Shown: positions 10,115 to 18,953 of the stretch, piece after piece
How the letters are laid out: the number at the start of each line of letters is the position of its first letter
Position numbering within the stretch: the stretch's first letter is position 1
Assembly (NCBI GenBank): GCA_034421495.1
Contig: DAOUKI010000025.1
Location: 1-35,077 of the forward strand
Length of the DNA stretch: 35,077 nucleotides
DNA from: Dehalococcoidia bacterium
GTDB lineage: Bacteria > Chloroflexota > Dehalococcoidia > Lucifugimonadales > QGNO01
Reading direction: 5' to 3'
Position numbers and translations under genes: made by a program
The notes under the pieces: model-generated
What the model was told of the DNA's origin: nothing
Seen by the model: only the letters and a program-made list of their open reading frames with translations
The model's database searches: none

Positions 10115-10885
10115 CTAGCGGATGTCGAAGACCGTCTGGACGTACATCGACAACTGCAGCTCTCCCCCGCTGATGGAAGTGCTTGGCGCAGCCGCCATCT
10201 GCAAGGCCTCATTCCTGGTCACGGGAGCTCCGCTGCTCTCCGTGACGAACGTCAGAGGCCCCAACTCCACGCCGGCGAGGGTTGCCAGATGCTCCGCCTT
10301 GGCCCTGGCGTCTTGGAAGGCGGCCTCTCTGAGGGCGTCCATGTGCGGCTTGGGGTCCTCTACCGTGAACCGGATGCCGTCGATCCTCGTGGCGTTGCCG
10401 CCGGCGTTGGCCACGTCGTCTATGATGGGGCCCACGTTATCTATGTCCCGGATCTTCACCGTTGCAGAGTTGCTGACCGTATAGCCAACCAGGCTCCTGC
10501 TGTTGTTTTGGTAGTCGTACTGAGGCCAGATATTGAAGGCCCGGGTCTGGATATCCCTATCCTCCAGGCCATGGGCCTTGACTGCGGCGATTACGGCGTC
10601 CATCGCCTGCGCGGCCTCTTCCCTCGCCTGCGAAACGTTCTCCGCCATGGTCTCAACGCCAATGTTGAGCAGCGCCAGGTCGGGCACGAGGTCTATGGAA
10701 CCCTCGCCCGAAACAGAAATGCCGGACTGTCCCAGAATCCCTCCGGAAAGTGCGCTGGTGGCCTGGGAAGCGCCCGTCTCGGATTGCGGCGCATCACCAT
10801 TGTCGTCGGCGCATGCCGCAATCAGGAGCATGACGGCGGCCAGTCCGGCTATTATAGAGATTATTTTGAGCTTGTTCATGTTCAC
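10115..10885 (-). CDS. SIMPL (DUF541) domain lipoprotein
   Basis: Signal peptide with lipobox LLIAAC. The SIMPL-like pattern is ISVSGEGSIDLVPDLALLNIGVET...A...A.....V.....G....DIQT....I.P.Y. Confidence 0.75.
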   Translation of the reverse strand: MNMNKLKIISIIAGLAAVMLLIAACADDNGDAPQSETGASQATSALSGGILGQSGISVSGEGSIDLVPDLALLNIGVETMAENVSQAREEAAQAMDAVIAAVKAHGLEDRDIQTRAFNIWPQYDYQNNSRSLVGYTVSNSATVKIRDIDNVGPIIDDVANAGGNATRIDGIRFTVEDPKPHMDALREAAFQDARAKAEHLATLAGVELGPLTFVTESSGAPVTRNEALQMAAAPSTSISGGELQLSMYVQTVFDIR

Positions 10886-11129
10886 GTCCTTCTTTACAGT
10901 GGCTTAGCTCTAGGTGCTGAACGCCCTCTACTATAATAAACGTAGAATCGAACTGAATGGTTCCATTGACCCAGGTGGCGGCGCAAGATTGCAGGTCGGA
11001 GTCAGTGGCAGGGCTTGACCGAGTATTTACCCCTACCCTATCCATTGCACGAAGCGAAGCCTACCTCCCATTGAAACGGCCTCTCAGATGACTGTATCAT
11101 TCTAGTCATACCGCAACTAGGAGAAGCAC

Positions 11130-11729
11130 GTGATCAATCTTGCCAACTATCAGGAATTGGTCGTCCGGCAGACCAAAGAGATGCTGGAGGTTTTCACCGA
11201 GTTCGAGACGGCCAACCGCTACAGAATCCTGACGCCGGAGGGCGATGAAGCCATGTTCGCCTATGAGGAGTCCGGGATGCTGTCTCGCCAGTTCATGGGT
11301 ACCCACCGACCGCTCAACCTGCACGTGGTGGACAAGGATCAACAACCTGTCCTAAACGCCAACAGAAACTTCTTCTGGTTCTTCTCGCACCTGAACGTGC
11401 AGGACGGATCGGGGAAACCGTTGGGGTCGCTGCACAGGAAGTTCGGCATACTGCATCGCAAGTTTGCCCTGCTGGACTCCGACGGACGGCAGATAGCGGG
11501 ACTCAACGGAAGCGTGTTCCGCCGCTATACCTTCACCTTGAACAACGCCCAGGGCCGGGAGATGGGGCGCATCGTCAAGCAGTGGGGTGGCATCCTCCGG
11601 GAAGGCTTCACCGACGCCGACACCTTCAGCGTCCAGTTCAGCGACGATGAACGGAGCCAGGAGATTAGGCTCCTGCTCTTAGCATCGGCCTTTGCCATTG
11701 ACATGGACTTCTTCGAGAAGAAGGGATAG
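11130..11729 (+). CDS. Phospholipid scramblase-family (tubby-like fold) protein
   Basis: GTG start 6 nt after AGGAG. LVVRQTKEMLEVFTEFETANRYRI....G.....A.E.......RQF.G..RP, plus the C-terminal I.K.W.G...E.FTDAD.F.V.F and D.DFFE, are characteristic of bacterial scramblase homologues. Confidence 0.75.
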   Translation: MINLANYQELVVRQTKEMLEVFTEFETANRYRILTPEGDEAMFAYEESGMLSRQFMGTHRPLNLHVVDKDQQPVLNANRNFFWFFSHLNVQDGSGKPLGSLHRKFGILHRKFALLDSDGRQIAGLNGSVFRRYTFTLNNAQGREMGRIVKQWGGILREGFTDADTFSVQFSDDERSQEIRLLLLASAFAIDMDFFEKKG

Positions 11730-11797
11730 CCGCGCGGGCTAGGATGGCCCCGATAGCACAGGGCTTTTGGCGTCAACCAGTTCTCGTTTGGTAACCG

Positions 11798-14700
11798 TTA
11801 CAATCTCCTGCGCCTTATGACGGCAACGGTGGCCCCGGTTAGCACGCTGGCGCACACCACGAGCACGATGACCCAAACCCGGGCTGGAGTGCCTTTGCTG
11901 TTCCCCGGTACGGCCTTGACCGTGGGCGGCGACGGCGTCGCCGGGGGAGCATCAGTCGAAGCGGGTGTGGGAGCCGCCGGTTGCGGCGATGGTGTCGCTG
12001 TGGATGTAGGTTGAAGCGTGGGTGTAGGCGTTGGCTGCGGTGGAGGTATTGGTGTGAGCGTCAGCGACCAAGTTGTCTTTGGAGGCGGAATTGGCGTCGG
12101 CGTCGTTTCAGGCGTCTGGCCGTACCCAATTGCGGGCGGCAAGATCGGCGTTACCCCACCTCTGTCGTCTGTCCCAATAGTCACAACGGGCTCCACCACC
12201 GTTATGTAGAACCTCAGCGATGCGCTGTCGCCGTCGGAGTCGGTAACGGTGTAGGTGAAACGGGTGCGCTCCAGTGTCTCTGTCGGGATGCCGGTGATGG
12301 CGCGAGATGGGGCATCGAATCGAAGGCCGTCGGGCAGGACAGGCGAAAGGTTGTATCTGAGGACGCCGTCACCTCCCCTGCCGCTGGGCAACGGCGACGT
12401 TTCCACGCGTTGCCCCACGGTGAAGATCATGTCCTCGACCACGGCGGAATCAAAGACCGGCGTGCGATTGGGTGCGGCTGTTTGAATGACCAAAGGAGTC
12501 GGTGGCGGGTTGTCGACGGGTGTTATGAGCAGTGACACCTTTGCCTCTACCAGAACGCGCACATCGTCCGCGGTGGTGGTGTTGGAGGCGTCGGTCACCA
12601 CCAGGGCAAACCTGATGACCACGTCTTCGGCCAGACCATCCGGCGCGATGAAGGTTGGCGCGACTGTATCCGCACCACTCAAGACAACATCGGGTCCTGC
12701 AATCTGTGTCCAGGAATAGGCCAGCGCAAGTCCCTCGGGATCGGAGCTGCCGGAGCCGTCAAGGGTTGCCGCCTCTCCTTCACCGACGGTCTGATCGGGC
12801 CCGGCATTGGCCGTGGGCAGATCGTTGACCTCTGTGACGGTCAGCGTGAAGGTGGCGGAGGCCGTTTCCGTACTATCTGTGGCAGTGATACGAATGGTGA
12901 GCGTGTCCGGCGTGTCGGCCTCTCTGGGCGTGCCGCTGAAGATTAGAGCGCGGGTGTCGACCGTGAAGTTGAGCCACCCAGGAAGAGGACTCCCGTCGCT
13001 CAGGGTAGCCCTGTGAGTGAGCGCGTCGCCGTCCGGGTCGTCGAAAGCCAGTGCCTGGTAGAAGAAGAAGCGGTCTTCGGTGGCCGTCTGGGGCTGGAAG
13101 GTGGGTGCTGCGGGAGAACGGTTCGCTGGTAGGACGACAGACAGCTGAAAGGTGGCACTTCTACTGTACAAATTGTCGGAGACGGAGACCATGATCTCAT
13201 GTGTGGCCAAGTCCGCCTCCAGAGGCGTGCCGCTGAAGGTTCGGGTGTTCTTATCGAACCGCAGCCAGCGCGGCAAAGGGTTATTTCCTCTGCCCTGAAA
13301 TGCGTCGTAGGTGAGCGTGCTGCCCTCGGGATCGGACGCCTCCGGCACAGTGTAGCTGAAGAGGTCGCCGGTAAACGCGGTCTGGTCTGTCAGAGATGGC
13401 GCTGCAGGCGGGTCGTTGACCTCTTTGACCGTGAGTGTGAACGTTGCGGACGCCGATTCCGGCGGTGTGCCGTCATCCGTGGCGGTGACGCGTATGGAGT
13501 GCGTGTCCGGCGTGTCCTGTTCCAAAGGCGTCCCACTGAAGGTGCGGGTGGCTGCGTCGAAGCCGAGCCACCCAGGGAGTGCGCTGCCGTCGGAGAGCGT
13601 TGCTCCGTAGGTGATGACGTCGTCCTCTGGATCGGTAACGGCGTCGAAGGCGTAGCTGAACGACTCATCCTCCGTGGCCGTCTTGTCCGACAGAGATGGC
13701 GCTGCGGGCGGGTCGTTCACCGGCGTTACGGTGATGACGACTGTCCCAGTGTCCGTAGCCGAGCCGTCGCTGACGGTGTAGGTGAAGCCACCCGAACTGG
13801 TCTCCAAGCCGTTGTGGGTATAGGTGACCGTCGCCCCGTCCTCTGAGAGAACAACCGAGCCGCTAACCGCGTCGCTCACGACAGTGATGGTGAGTGTATC
13901 GTCATTGGGGTCTGAGTCATTGGCTAGCAGCGCTGAGACAGCGATGTTCACGGCTTCGCCTTCGGCGACCGTAGCGGTGTCGTTGCCAGCGATGGGCGCA
14001 TCGTTGCGTTCGTTCACCGTCAGTATGAATGTGGCGGATGCAGATGCTGGTGGCGTGCCATTGTCCGTGGCGGTTACTCGTATGGTGAGGGTGGCTGGCG
14101 CGTCAGCCTCGCCTGGAGTGCCGCTGAAGGCGCGAGTGGCCGCGTCGAAGCTGAGCCACGCAGGGAGTACGGTGCCATCGGAGAGCGTTACTCCATAGGT
14201 GATGGAGTCGCCCTCCGGGTCGGCAACGGCGTCGAAAGTGTAGCTGAACGATTGATCCTCTGTAGCTGCTTGGCCTGCCAGCGATGGCGTCGCAGGCGGG
14301 TCGTTGATCTCTTGGACCGTGAGCGTGAAAGTGGCCTTGGTTGACGCCGCTGGCGTACCGTTGTCCGTGGCGGTGATGCGTATGGTCAGGGAGCTCGGCG
14401 TGTCGGATTCCAGGGGTGTTCCGCTGATAATGCGAGTGCTAGGGGTGAAGCTTAGCCAGCCGGGAAGTGCGCTGTTGTCGTCGAGCGCGGCGACGTAGGT
14501 GACGGTGTCACCATCAGGGTCGATGAAGGCAGGCACCGTGTAGCTAAAGGATTTGTCCTCTGTGGCGGTCTGGTCTGTCAGCGTGGGTGCTGTCGGTGCC
14601 CGGTTGGGCGGCAGCACAACCTTCAATGTGAAGGAGGCCCTGGAAGACTTGGCCGAATCGTCCGACACCTCGACCACGATTGTGTGCGTGGCAACGTGTG

Positions 14701-17488
14701 TCCGGCGAGGCGTGCCGCTGAATGTGCGTGTGGCAGCATCAAAGGTGAGCCAGCTCGGTAGAGGGTTCCTGGCCTGCCCCAGTGCCGCGTTGTAGGTGAG
14801 CGATTCGTCGTCCGGGTCGATTACCTCCGGCACCTGATAGGTGAACGACTGGCCCGCAGTGGCCGTCTGGTCCGCCAGGGACGGCGTACCGGGTGAGTCG
14901 TTGACTGGGGTAACGGTGATGTTGACCGTAGCAGTGCTAGTAGCTGAGCCGTCGCTGGCGGTGTAGGAGAAGCTGCCCTTTGTTGTCTCTGAGCCGTCGT
15001 GAGTGTATGTGACCGTGGCCTTGTCCTCGGATAGAGATACGGAACCGTTGACCGCGCTGCTTACACTGGCGACGGACAGGGTACTGCCTTCTGCGTCAGA
15101 GTCGTTGGATAGTAGAGTTGAGACGTTGATGGTCAGGGTACCACCCTCAGCCACGGAAGCGGTGTCGTTGCCTGCTACGGGCGGGTCGTTCACCGCCGTA
15201 ACAGTGATGTTGACCGTAGCCGTGCTAGTAGCTGAGCCGTCGCTGACGGTGTAGGAGAAGCTGCCCTTTGTTGTCTCCGAACCGTCGTGAATGTATGTGA
15301 CGGTGCCCATATCCTCGGATAGAGATACGGAACCGTTGACCGCGCTGCCTACGCTGGTGATGGAGAGAGTAGCGCCTTCTGCGTCAGAGTCGTTGGATAG
15401 TAGAGTTGAGGTGTTAATGGTCAATGTACCGCCCTCTGTCGTAGAAGCGGTGTCGTTGCTGGCTATGGGCGCGTCGTTGGCAGAGGCAACGGTAATGGAT
15501 ACCGTAGCCGTGTCGGTAGCCGAGCCGTCGCTGACGGTGTAGGTGAAGCTGCCGGAGGTTGTCTCCGAACCGTCGTGAGTGTATGTGACGGTGCCCATAT
15601 CCTCGGACAATGACACGGAACCGTTGACCGCGCTGCCTACACTGGTGACGGAGAGTGTAGCCCCTTCTGGGTCAGAGTCGTTGGATAGCAGAGTTGAGGC
15701 GTTGATGTTCAGCGTACCGCCCTCTGTCACGGAAGCGGTGTCATTGCTGGCTGTAGGCGGGTCGTTGACCTCCTCTACTGTCAAGGTGAACGTGGCGGAG
15801 CTGGAAAGAGTCCCGTCGCTGGCGGTGATGCGGATGGTGAGGCTGGCCGGGGTGTCGGCCTCCTTTGGTGTACCGCTGAGGATACGAGTGTCGGAGTTGA
15901 AGCTTAGCCAGCCCGGCAGGGCGCTGTCGTTGGATTGTGCAGCGGCGTAAGTGAGCGTGTCCTCATCCGGGTCGGTGAAGGCAGGCACGGTGTAGCTGAA
16001 GGATACGTCCTCTGTGGCGGTCTGGTCCGTCAGCGTGGGAGCCGTTGGAGCCCTGTTTGGAGGCTCAACGGTTACCTCCAGCGTGAAGTCGGCGTAGCTT
16101 TCAAGCGACCCATCGGACACGCTGACGCGAATCTCCATTTCGCCGATATGGGCATTCCGCGGTTTGAGGGTAAAGGTTCTGGTGTCGGAGTCGAACTTGA
16201 TCCATCTCGGCAGCGGGTTGGAAGCCCCCAGAAACGCTTGGTAGGTGAGCGTGTCCCCGTCTGGGTCTGTGACCTCCGGCACGGTGTAGGTAAAGGTTCC
16301 GCCTGCGTAGGCAGTCTGGTCGGTCACTTGGGGCTTGGGCGGGCGCTGGTTGGATTCGGGTACCGATATGGTGAATGTGGCGGAGTTGGAGAGGGTTCCG
16401 TCGCTGGCGGTGATTCTTATGGTCAGAGTGGCCGGGGTGTCGGCGTCGCTTGGAGTGCCGCTCAGGGTGCGAGTGCCGGAGTTGAAGCTTAGCCAGCCAG
16501 GCAGCGCGCCGCCACCGTCCAACGTAGCGGTGTAGGTCACCGAGTCACCCTCAGGGTCTACGAAGGAGGGCACCTGGTAGCTGAAAGCCTGGCCCTCGGT
16601 GGCTGTTTGCGCCGGGATTGAGGGCAGCGTCGGCGGGTCGTTGACCTCCTCTACTGTCAAGGTGAACGTGGCGGAGTCGGAAAGAGTCCCGTCGCTGGCG
16701 GTGACGCGTATAGTGAGGGTCGCCGGAGTGTCGGCCTCATCCGGCGTGCCGCTGAGGATACGAGTATCTGCGTCAAAGCTTAGCCAGCTTGGCAAGACGC
16801 TGTCGTCATCAAGCGCGGCGGTGTAGGTGATCGCGTCCCCGTCCGGGTCTGTAAAGGCGGGCACGGTGTAGCTGAAGGATACGTCCTCTGTAGCGGTCTG
16901 GTCCGTCAGTGTGGGCGCTGTTGGAGCCCTGTTTGGTGGCTCTGTCGTCACCTCCAGCGTGAAGTCGGCGTAGCTTTCAAGCGACCCATCGGACACGCTG
17001 ACGCGAATCTCCATTTCGCCGATATGGGCATTCCGTGGTTTGAAGGTGAAGGTACGCGTGTCGGAGTCGAACCTGATCCATCTCGGCAGCGGGTTGGAAG
17101 CCCCCAGAAACGCTTGGTAGGTGAGCGTGTCCCCGTCCGGGTCTGTGACCTCCGGCACGGTGTAGGTAAAGGTACCGCCTGCGTAGGTAGTTTGGTCGGT
17201 CACTTCTGGCTTAGGTGGGCGCTGGTTGGCGGCGGGAGCTGGCAAGATGGAGCCATTGACCACGGGGTTCATGCTCAAATCGTGGGCTACCCCGTATACG
17301 GGCGTGGTATTGGGGATTCTCAGATAGGAGACCCCAATGAATAGTACCGTAAGCAAGAGCAAAGACACGGCCCGGTGGGGCGTAGTCAATGGATTCCCTC
17401 CGTTTGAAGCCCGGTCTTGTTCCCTGTAAATGCGCTGCATCCATTTCAGGTTGGCGCCGGTAGAAGGACACAACGCCACCCCTCTCAT
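11798..17488 (-). CDS. Giant repeat-rich cell-surface protein (1,896 aa): N-terminal TM/signal anchor, ~12 dystroglycan-type cadherin-like (CADG/putative-Ig) domains, 4 bacterial cadherin/VCBS-like ~96-aa repeats, PKD-like domain, Pro/Thr-rich stalk, C-terminal TM helix + RRRRL
   Basis: CADG signature: F.Y.VP.F.DPDGD.LTY.A.L.....LP.WL.F...TR..SGTP...D......I.V.A.D. VCBS/cadherin-like repeats: ND.P.A.NDTA...EGGTL.IN.S.LLSNDSD.EG..LS..SV...VNGSVSLSED...VTYTHDGSET. PKD-like: ANAGPDQTVGEGEAATLDGSGSSDPEG..L.YSWTQ. An alternative start is M17 (17440). Confidence 0.9.
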   Translation of the reverse strand: MRGVALCPSTGANLKWMQRIYREQDRASNGGNPLTTPHRAVSLLLLTVLFIGVSYLRIPNTTPVYGVAHDLSMNPVVNGSILPAPAANQRPPKPEVTDQTTYAGGTFTYTVPEVTDPDGDTLTYQAFLGASNPLPRWIRFDSDTRTFTFKPRNAHIGEMEIRVSVSDGSLESYADFTLEVTTEPPNRAPTAPTLTDQTATEDVSFSYTVPAFTDPDGDAITYTAALDDDSVLPSWLSFDADTRILSGTPDEADTPATLTIRVTASDGTLSDSATFTLTVEEVNDPPTLPSIPAQTATEGQAFSYQVPSFVDPEGDSVTYTATLDGGGALPGWLSFNSGTRTLSGTPSDADTPATLTIRITASDGTLSNSATFTISVPESNQRPPKPQVTDQTAYAGGTFTYTVPEVTDPDGDTLTYQAFLGASNPLPRWIKFDSDTRTFTLKPRNAHIGEMEIRVSVSDGSLESYADFTLEVTVEPPNRAPTAPTLTDQTATEDVSFSYTVPAFTDPDEDTLTYAAAQSNDSALPGWLSFNSDTRILSGTPKEADTPASLTIRITASDGTLSSSATFTLTVEEVNDPPTASNDTASVTEGGTLNINASTLLSNDSDPEGATLSVTSVGSAVNGSVSLSEDMGTVTYTHDGSETTSGSFTYTVSDGSATDTATVSITVASANDAPIASNDTASTTEGGTLTINTSTLLSNDSDAEGATLSITSVGSAVNGSVSLSEDMGTVTYIHDGSETTKGSFSYTVSDGSATSTATVNITVTAVNDPPVAGNDTASVAEGGTLTINVSTLLSNDSDAEGSTLSVASVSSAVNGSVSLSEDKATVTYTHDGSETTKGSFSYTASDGSATSTATVNITVTPVNDSPGTPSLADQTATAGQSFTYQVPEVIDPDDESLTYNAALGQARNPLPSWLTFDAATRTFSGTPRRTHVATHTIVVEVSDDSAKSSRASFTLKVVLPPNRAPTAPTLTDQTATEDKSFSYTVPAFIDPDGDTVTYVAALDDNSALPGWLSFTPSTRIISGTPLESDTPSSLTIRITATDNGTPAASTKATFTLTVQEINDPPATPSLAGQAATEDQSFSYTFDAVADPEGDSITYGVTLSDGTVLPAWLSFDAATRAFSGTPGEADAPATLTIRVTATDNGTPPASASATFILTVNERNDAPIAGNDTATVAEGEAVNIAVSALLANDSDPNDDTLTITVVSDAVSGSVVLSEDGATVTYTHNGLETSSGGFTYTVSDGSATDTGTVVITVTPVNDPPAAPSLSDKTATEDESFSYAFDAVTDPEDDVITYGATLSDGSALPGWLGFDAATRTFSGTPLEQDTPDTHSIRVTATDDGTPPESASATFTLTVKEVNDPPAAPSLTDQTAFTGDLFSYTVPEASDPEGSTLTYDAFQGRGNNPLPRWLRFDKNTRTFSGTPLEADLATHEIMVSVSDNLYSRSATFQLSVVLPANRSPAAPTFQPQTATEDRFFFYQALAFDDPDGDALTHRATLSDGSPLPGWLNFTVDTRALIFSGTPREADTPDTLTIRITATDSTETASATFTLTVTEVNDLPTANAGPDQTVGEGEAATLDGSGSSDPEGLALAYSWTQIAGPDVVLSGADTVAPTFIAPDGLAEDVVIRFALVVTDASNTTTADDVRVLVEAKVSLLITPVDNPPPTPLVIQTAAPNRTPVFDSAVVEDMIFTVGQRVETSPLPSGRGGDGVLRYNLSPVLPDGLRFDAPSRAITGIPTETLERTRFTYTVTDSDGDSASLRFYITVVEPVVTIGTDDRGGVTPILPPAIGYGQTPETTPTPIPPPKTTWSLTLTPIPPPQPTPTPTLQPTSTATPSPQPAAPTPASTDAPPATPSPPTVKAVPGNSKGTPARVWVIVLVVCASVLTGATVAVIRRRRL
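14893..15760 (-). repeat. Three tandem 288-bp coding repeats (cadherin/VCBS-like domains) inside the giant gene
   Basis: GTGTAGGAGAAGCTGCC recurs at 14961 and 15249, and a variant at 15537, giving a period of exactly 288 bp. The plus-strand shadow ORFs 15003, 15291 and 15579 all begin MYVTV. Boundaries are approximate. Confidence 0.85.
15771..17230 (-). repeat. Segmental duplication with 876-bp period (three-CADG-domain unit, ~1.7 copies) inside the giant gene
   Basis: 16081-16140 is repeated almost identically at 16957-17016. 15771-15930 is repeated at 16647-16806. Both offsets are 876 bp (292 codons). At protein level NQRPPKP.VTDQT.YAGGTFTYTVPEVTDPDGDTLTYQAFLGASNPLPRWI.FDSDTRTF occurs twice. 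Confidence 0.85.
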
Positions 17489-17645
17489 TTCCGGGCAAGC
17501 TCGTACGGAAATTTATCATATCCATGTAACTCTTACGTTACTTATAGGCCTTTTAACTGTGACTTATTGTAACTTTTTCGACTAGTTAGCGTAATTTCCT
17601 CTGTCCGTGTTGAAACCGAGTCTGGGGTTAACACACTTCACCGAC

Positions 17646-17674
17646 TTGACAGCCCCCAAGAAAAACGTTACTCT
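17646..17674 (+). promoter_or_regulatory. Candidate sigma-70-type promoter for the 17751 small gene
   Basis: TTGACA (17646-17651), a 17-nt spacer, then TACTCT (17669-17674), within an AT-rich divergent intergenic region. Pattern match only. Confidence 0.35.
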
Positions 17675-17750
17675 GCCACACTTGAGACTAGGTATCATCG
17701 TAGCGCAAGTTGGTGAGCTAGAGCTTGAATATCGATGAACGAGGTGAAAC

Positions 17751-17945
17751 ATGGAGTTCTATAACGTGAAGACCAGGCAAAAAGTGGATATACCGGAGAG
17801 CGGTCTCAGGAAACGTACCGTGGTGCAGAAGAACGGCAAGCATACCTATACCGTTACCGGGGAAGAAAGCGGCACCAAACTGGTTAGATTTGTTAGTAAA
17901 CAACAGTACGATGCCTTGCAAGTGCCTGAGGTTGAGGGCTCCTGA
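17751..17945 (+). CDS. Small (64 aa) basic hypothetical protein
   Basis: GAGGTG lies 4 nt upstream of the ATG. The sequence MEFYNVKTRQKVDIPESGLRKRTVVQKNGKHTYTVTGEESGTKLVRFVS looks like a small beta-rich protein. I cannot name a family with confidence. Confidence 0.6.
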   Translation: MEFYNVKTRQKVDIPESGLRKRTVVQKNGKHTYTVTGEESGTKLVRFVSKQQYDALQVPEVEGS

Positions 17946-17954
17946 GGAGACGCT

Positions 17955-18548
17955 ATGTGGTGGTTCAAACAAGCGGTACTCCGTCCGACTTTCCCTGATG
18001 TCCAGGCGATGCACCCATGGTTTCTGGACTACGAGCAGTTGGAGCCAGGTGTCAGGGAGTTGGTGTGGACATTAAACCAGACCGATATCGTAGAAACCCT
18101 CTCCTCCTGTGAAGGTCACCCGGAGTTGCCATACTGGTGGGAGGACACTGGTGGAACGGCTTACGTCCTGTGCTTGGTGACCAATCCCAGCCGGTGGGCC
18201 CAGGTCCTGCATCAGTTACGGCAGCTGGCCCAGGACTGGAACGATGTCCAGTTGATAGTACAAGATGAACAGGGTGAACAAGGTGAACAGGAGCAGTGGC
18301 TGGGGTTTCAAGTCAGCCATGCCCAACCGGAATCTGCCCGCAACGCCCTAGACCAAGCCATTAGCCAGGCTAACGAGTTGATTAAAGAGTACTTGGATCA
18401 TGATGTCGTTGCTATAACCTCAGCCCGACGTGGACAGGAGGGCCATGCCCAAAATGGTCCTCACGGCTTGTTGGAGGATGAAGGCAAAGCTAGGGGAAAG
18501 GCCAACAGATCTACGGAGGTATCCTTCGCTGAATTGTCGGATACCTAG
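17955..18548 (+). CDS. Hypothetical protein (197 aa) with an acidic Q/E-rich low-complexity insert
   Basis: Starts 9 nt after the previous stop. Contains QDEQGEQGEQEQ. No motif recognised. An internal start at MHPWFLDYEQ is possible. Confidence 0.5.
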   Translation: MWWFKQAVLRPTFPDVQAMHPWFLDYEQLEPGVRELVWTLNQTDIVETLSSCEGHPELPYWWEDTGGTAYVLCLVTNPSRWAQVLHQLRQLAQDWNDVQLIVQDEQGEQGEQEQWLGFQVSHAQPESARNALDQAISQANELIKEYLDHDVVAITSARRGQEGHAQNGPHGLLEDEGKARGKANRSTEVSFAELSDT

Positions 18549-18707
18549 GAACGGCAAAGAAGCGGAAAGAAACTGAGCAGGCGCTAAGCCTATGCTCTCG
18601 GATGTAGACAAGTCCCCAACCATGCGGGCTGGACTACGCCCGTATGCACGTCCAAAACCCCCCTAACGTGAAGGCTCCAGATTTTGCCCAGTCATGGCCG
18701 GCCGATT

Positions 18708-18766
18708 TTGACAATAGACAGAACCATCTTTGAGCTTTGGCTAGGCGGGTTGTGAGCCTCGGGACC
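18708..18766. repeat. Copy 1 of an imperfect direct repeat flanking the ArsR-VOC cassette
   Basis: TTGACAATAGACAGAACCATCTTTGAGCTTTGG...GAGCCTCGGGACC compared with copy 2, TTGACGGTAGACAGAACCGTCTTCGAGCTTTGG...GAGCCTGGGAGCC. Confidence 0.6.
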
Positions 18767-18905
18767 ACCACCATGACCGAAAGTCCGAGCCTCTCTTCAG
18801 GTGTGCCAACGTGTCCTGTACCGCAAACTTTTGGTTGGGAGTTCGCTTCACCCACTCCTTCAAATGGCTAGGGATGTGGTTCCTGCCAGCCTGGGGAATT
18901 GCCTC

Positions 18906-18953
18906 TTGACATGCAATCCTATGGTTGCGTATAGTCTGTGTGAATGCACACAG
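18906..18953 (+). promoter_or_regulatory. Candidate promoter plus palindromic operator of the ArsR-family gene
   Basis: TTGACA (18906-11), an 18-nt spacer, TATAGT (18930-35). It is immediately followed by the inverted repeat CTGTGTG-aatg-CACACAG (18936-18953), which contains the ATG (18944). Confidence 0.45.

Noticed and set aside
14893-15760. Regularly spaced 288-bp repeats that could be mistaken for a repeat array or CRISPR.
   Set aside because: The units are contiguous with no spacers, are far longer than CRISPR repeats, and are in frame within a protein domain array. I saw no CRISPR-like 25-40-bp repeat-spacer structure anywhere in the window.
12018-17344. Dozens of plus-strand ORFs inside the giant gene (for example 15003..15254, 15291..15542 and 15579..15950, all starting MYVTV; also 13199..13846 and 15935..16492).
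   Set aside because: They are antisense shadows of the 1,896-aa minus-strand gene in GC-rich, repetitive sequence. Their repetition simply mirrors the coding repeats, and their translations are low-complexity (V/S/A/R-rich).
18634-18855. 73-aa minus-strand ORF covering repeat copy 1.
   Set aside because: It has no SD and no motif. The substitution pattern between the two repeat copies fits the plus frame rather than this frame.
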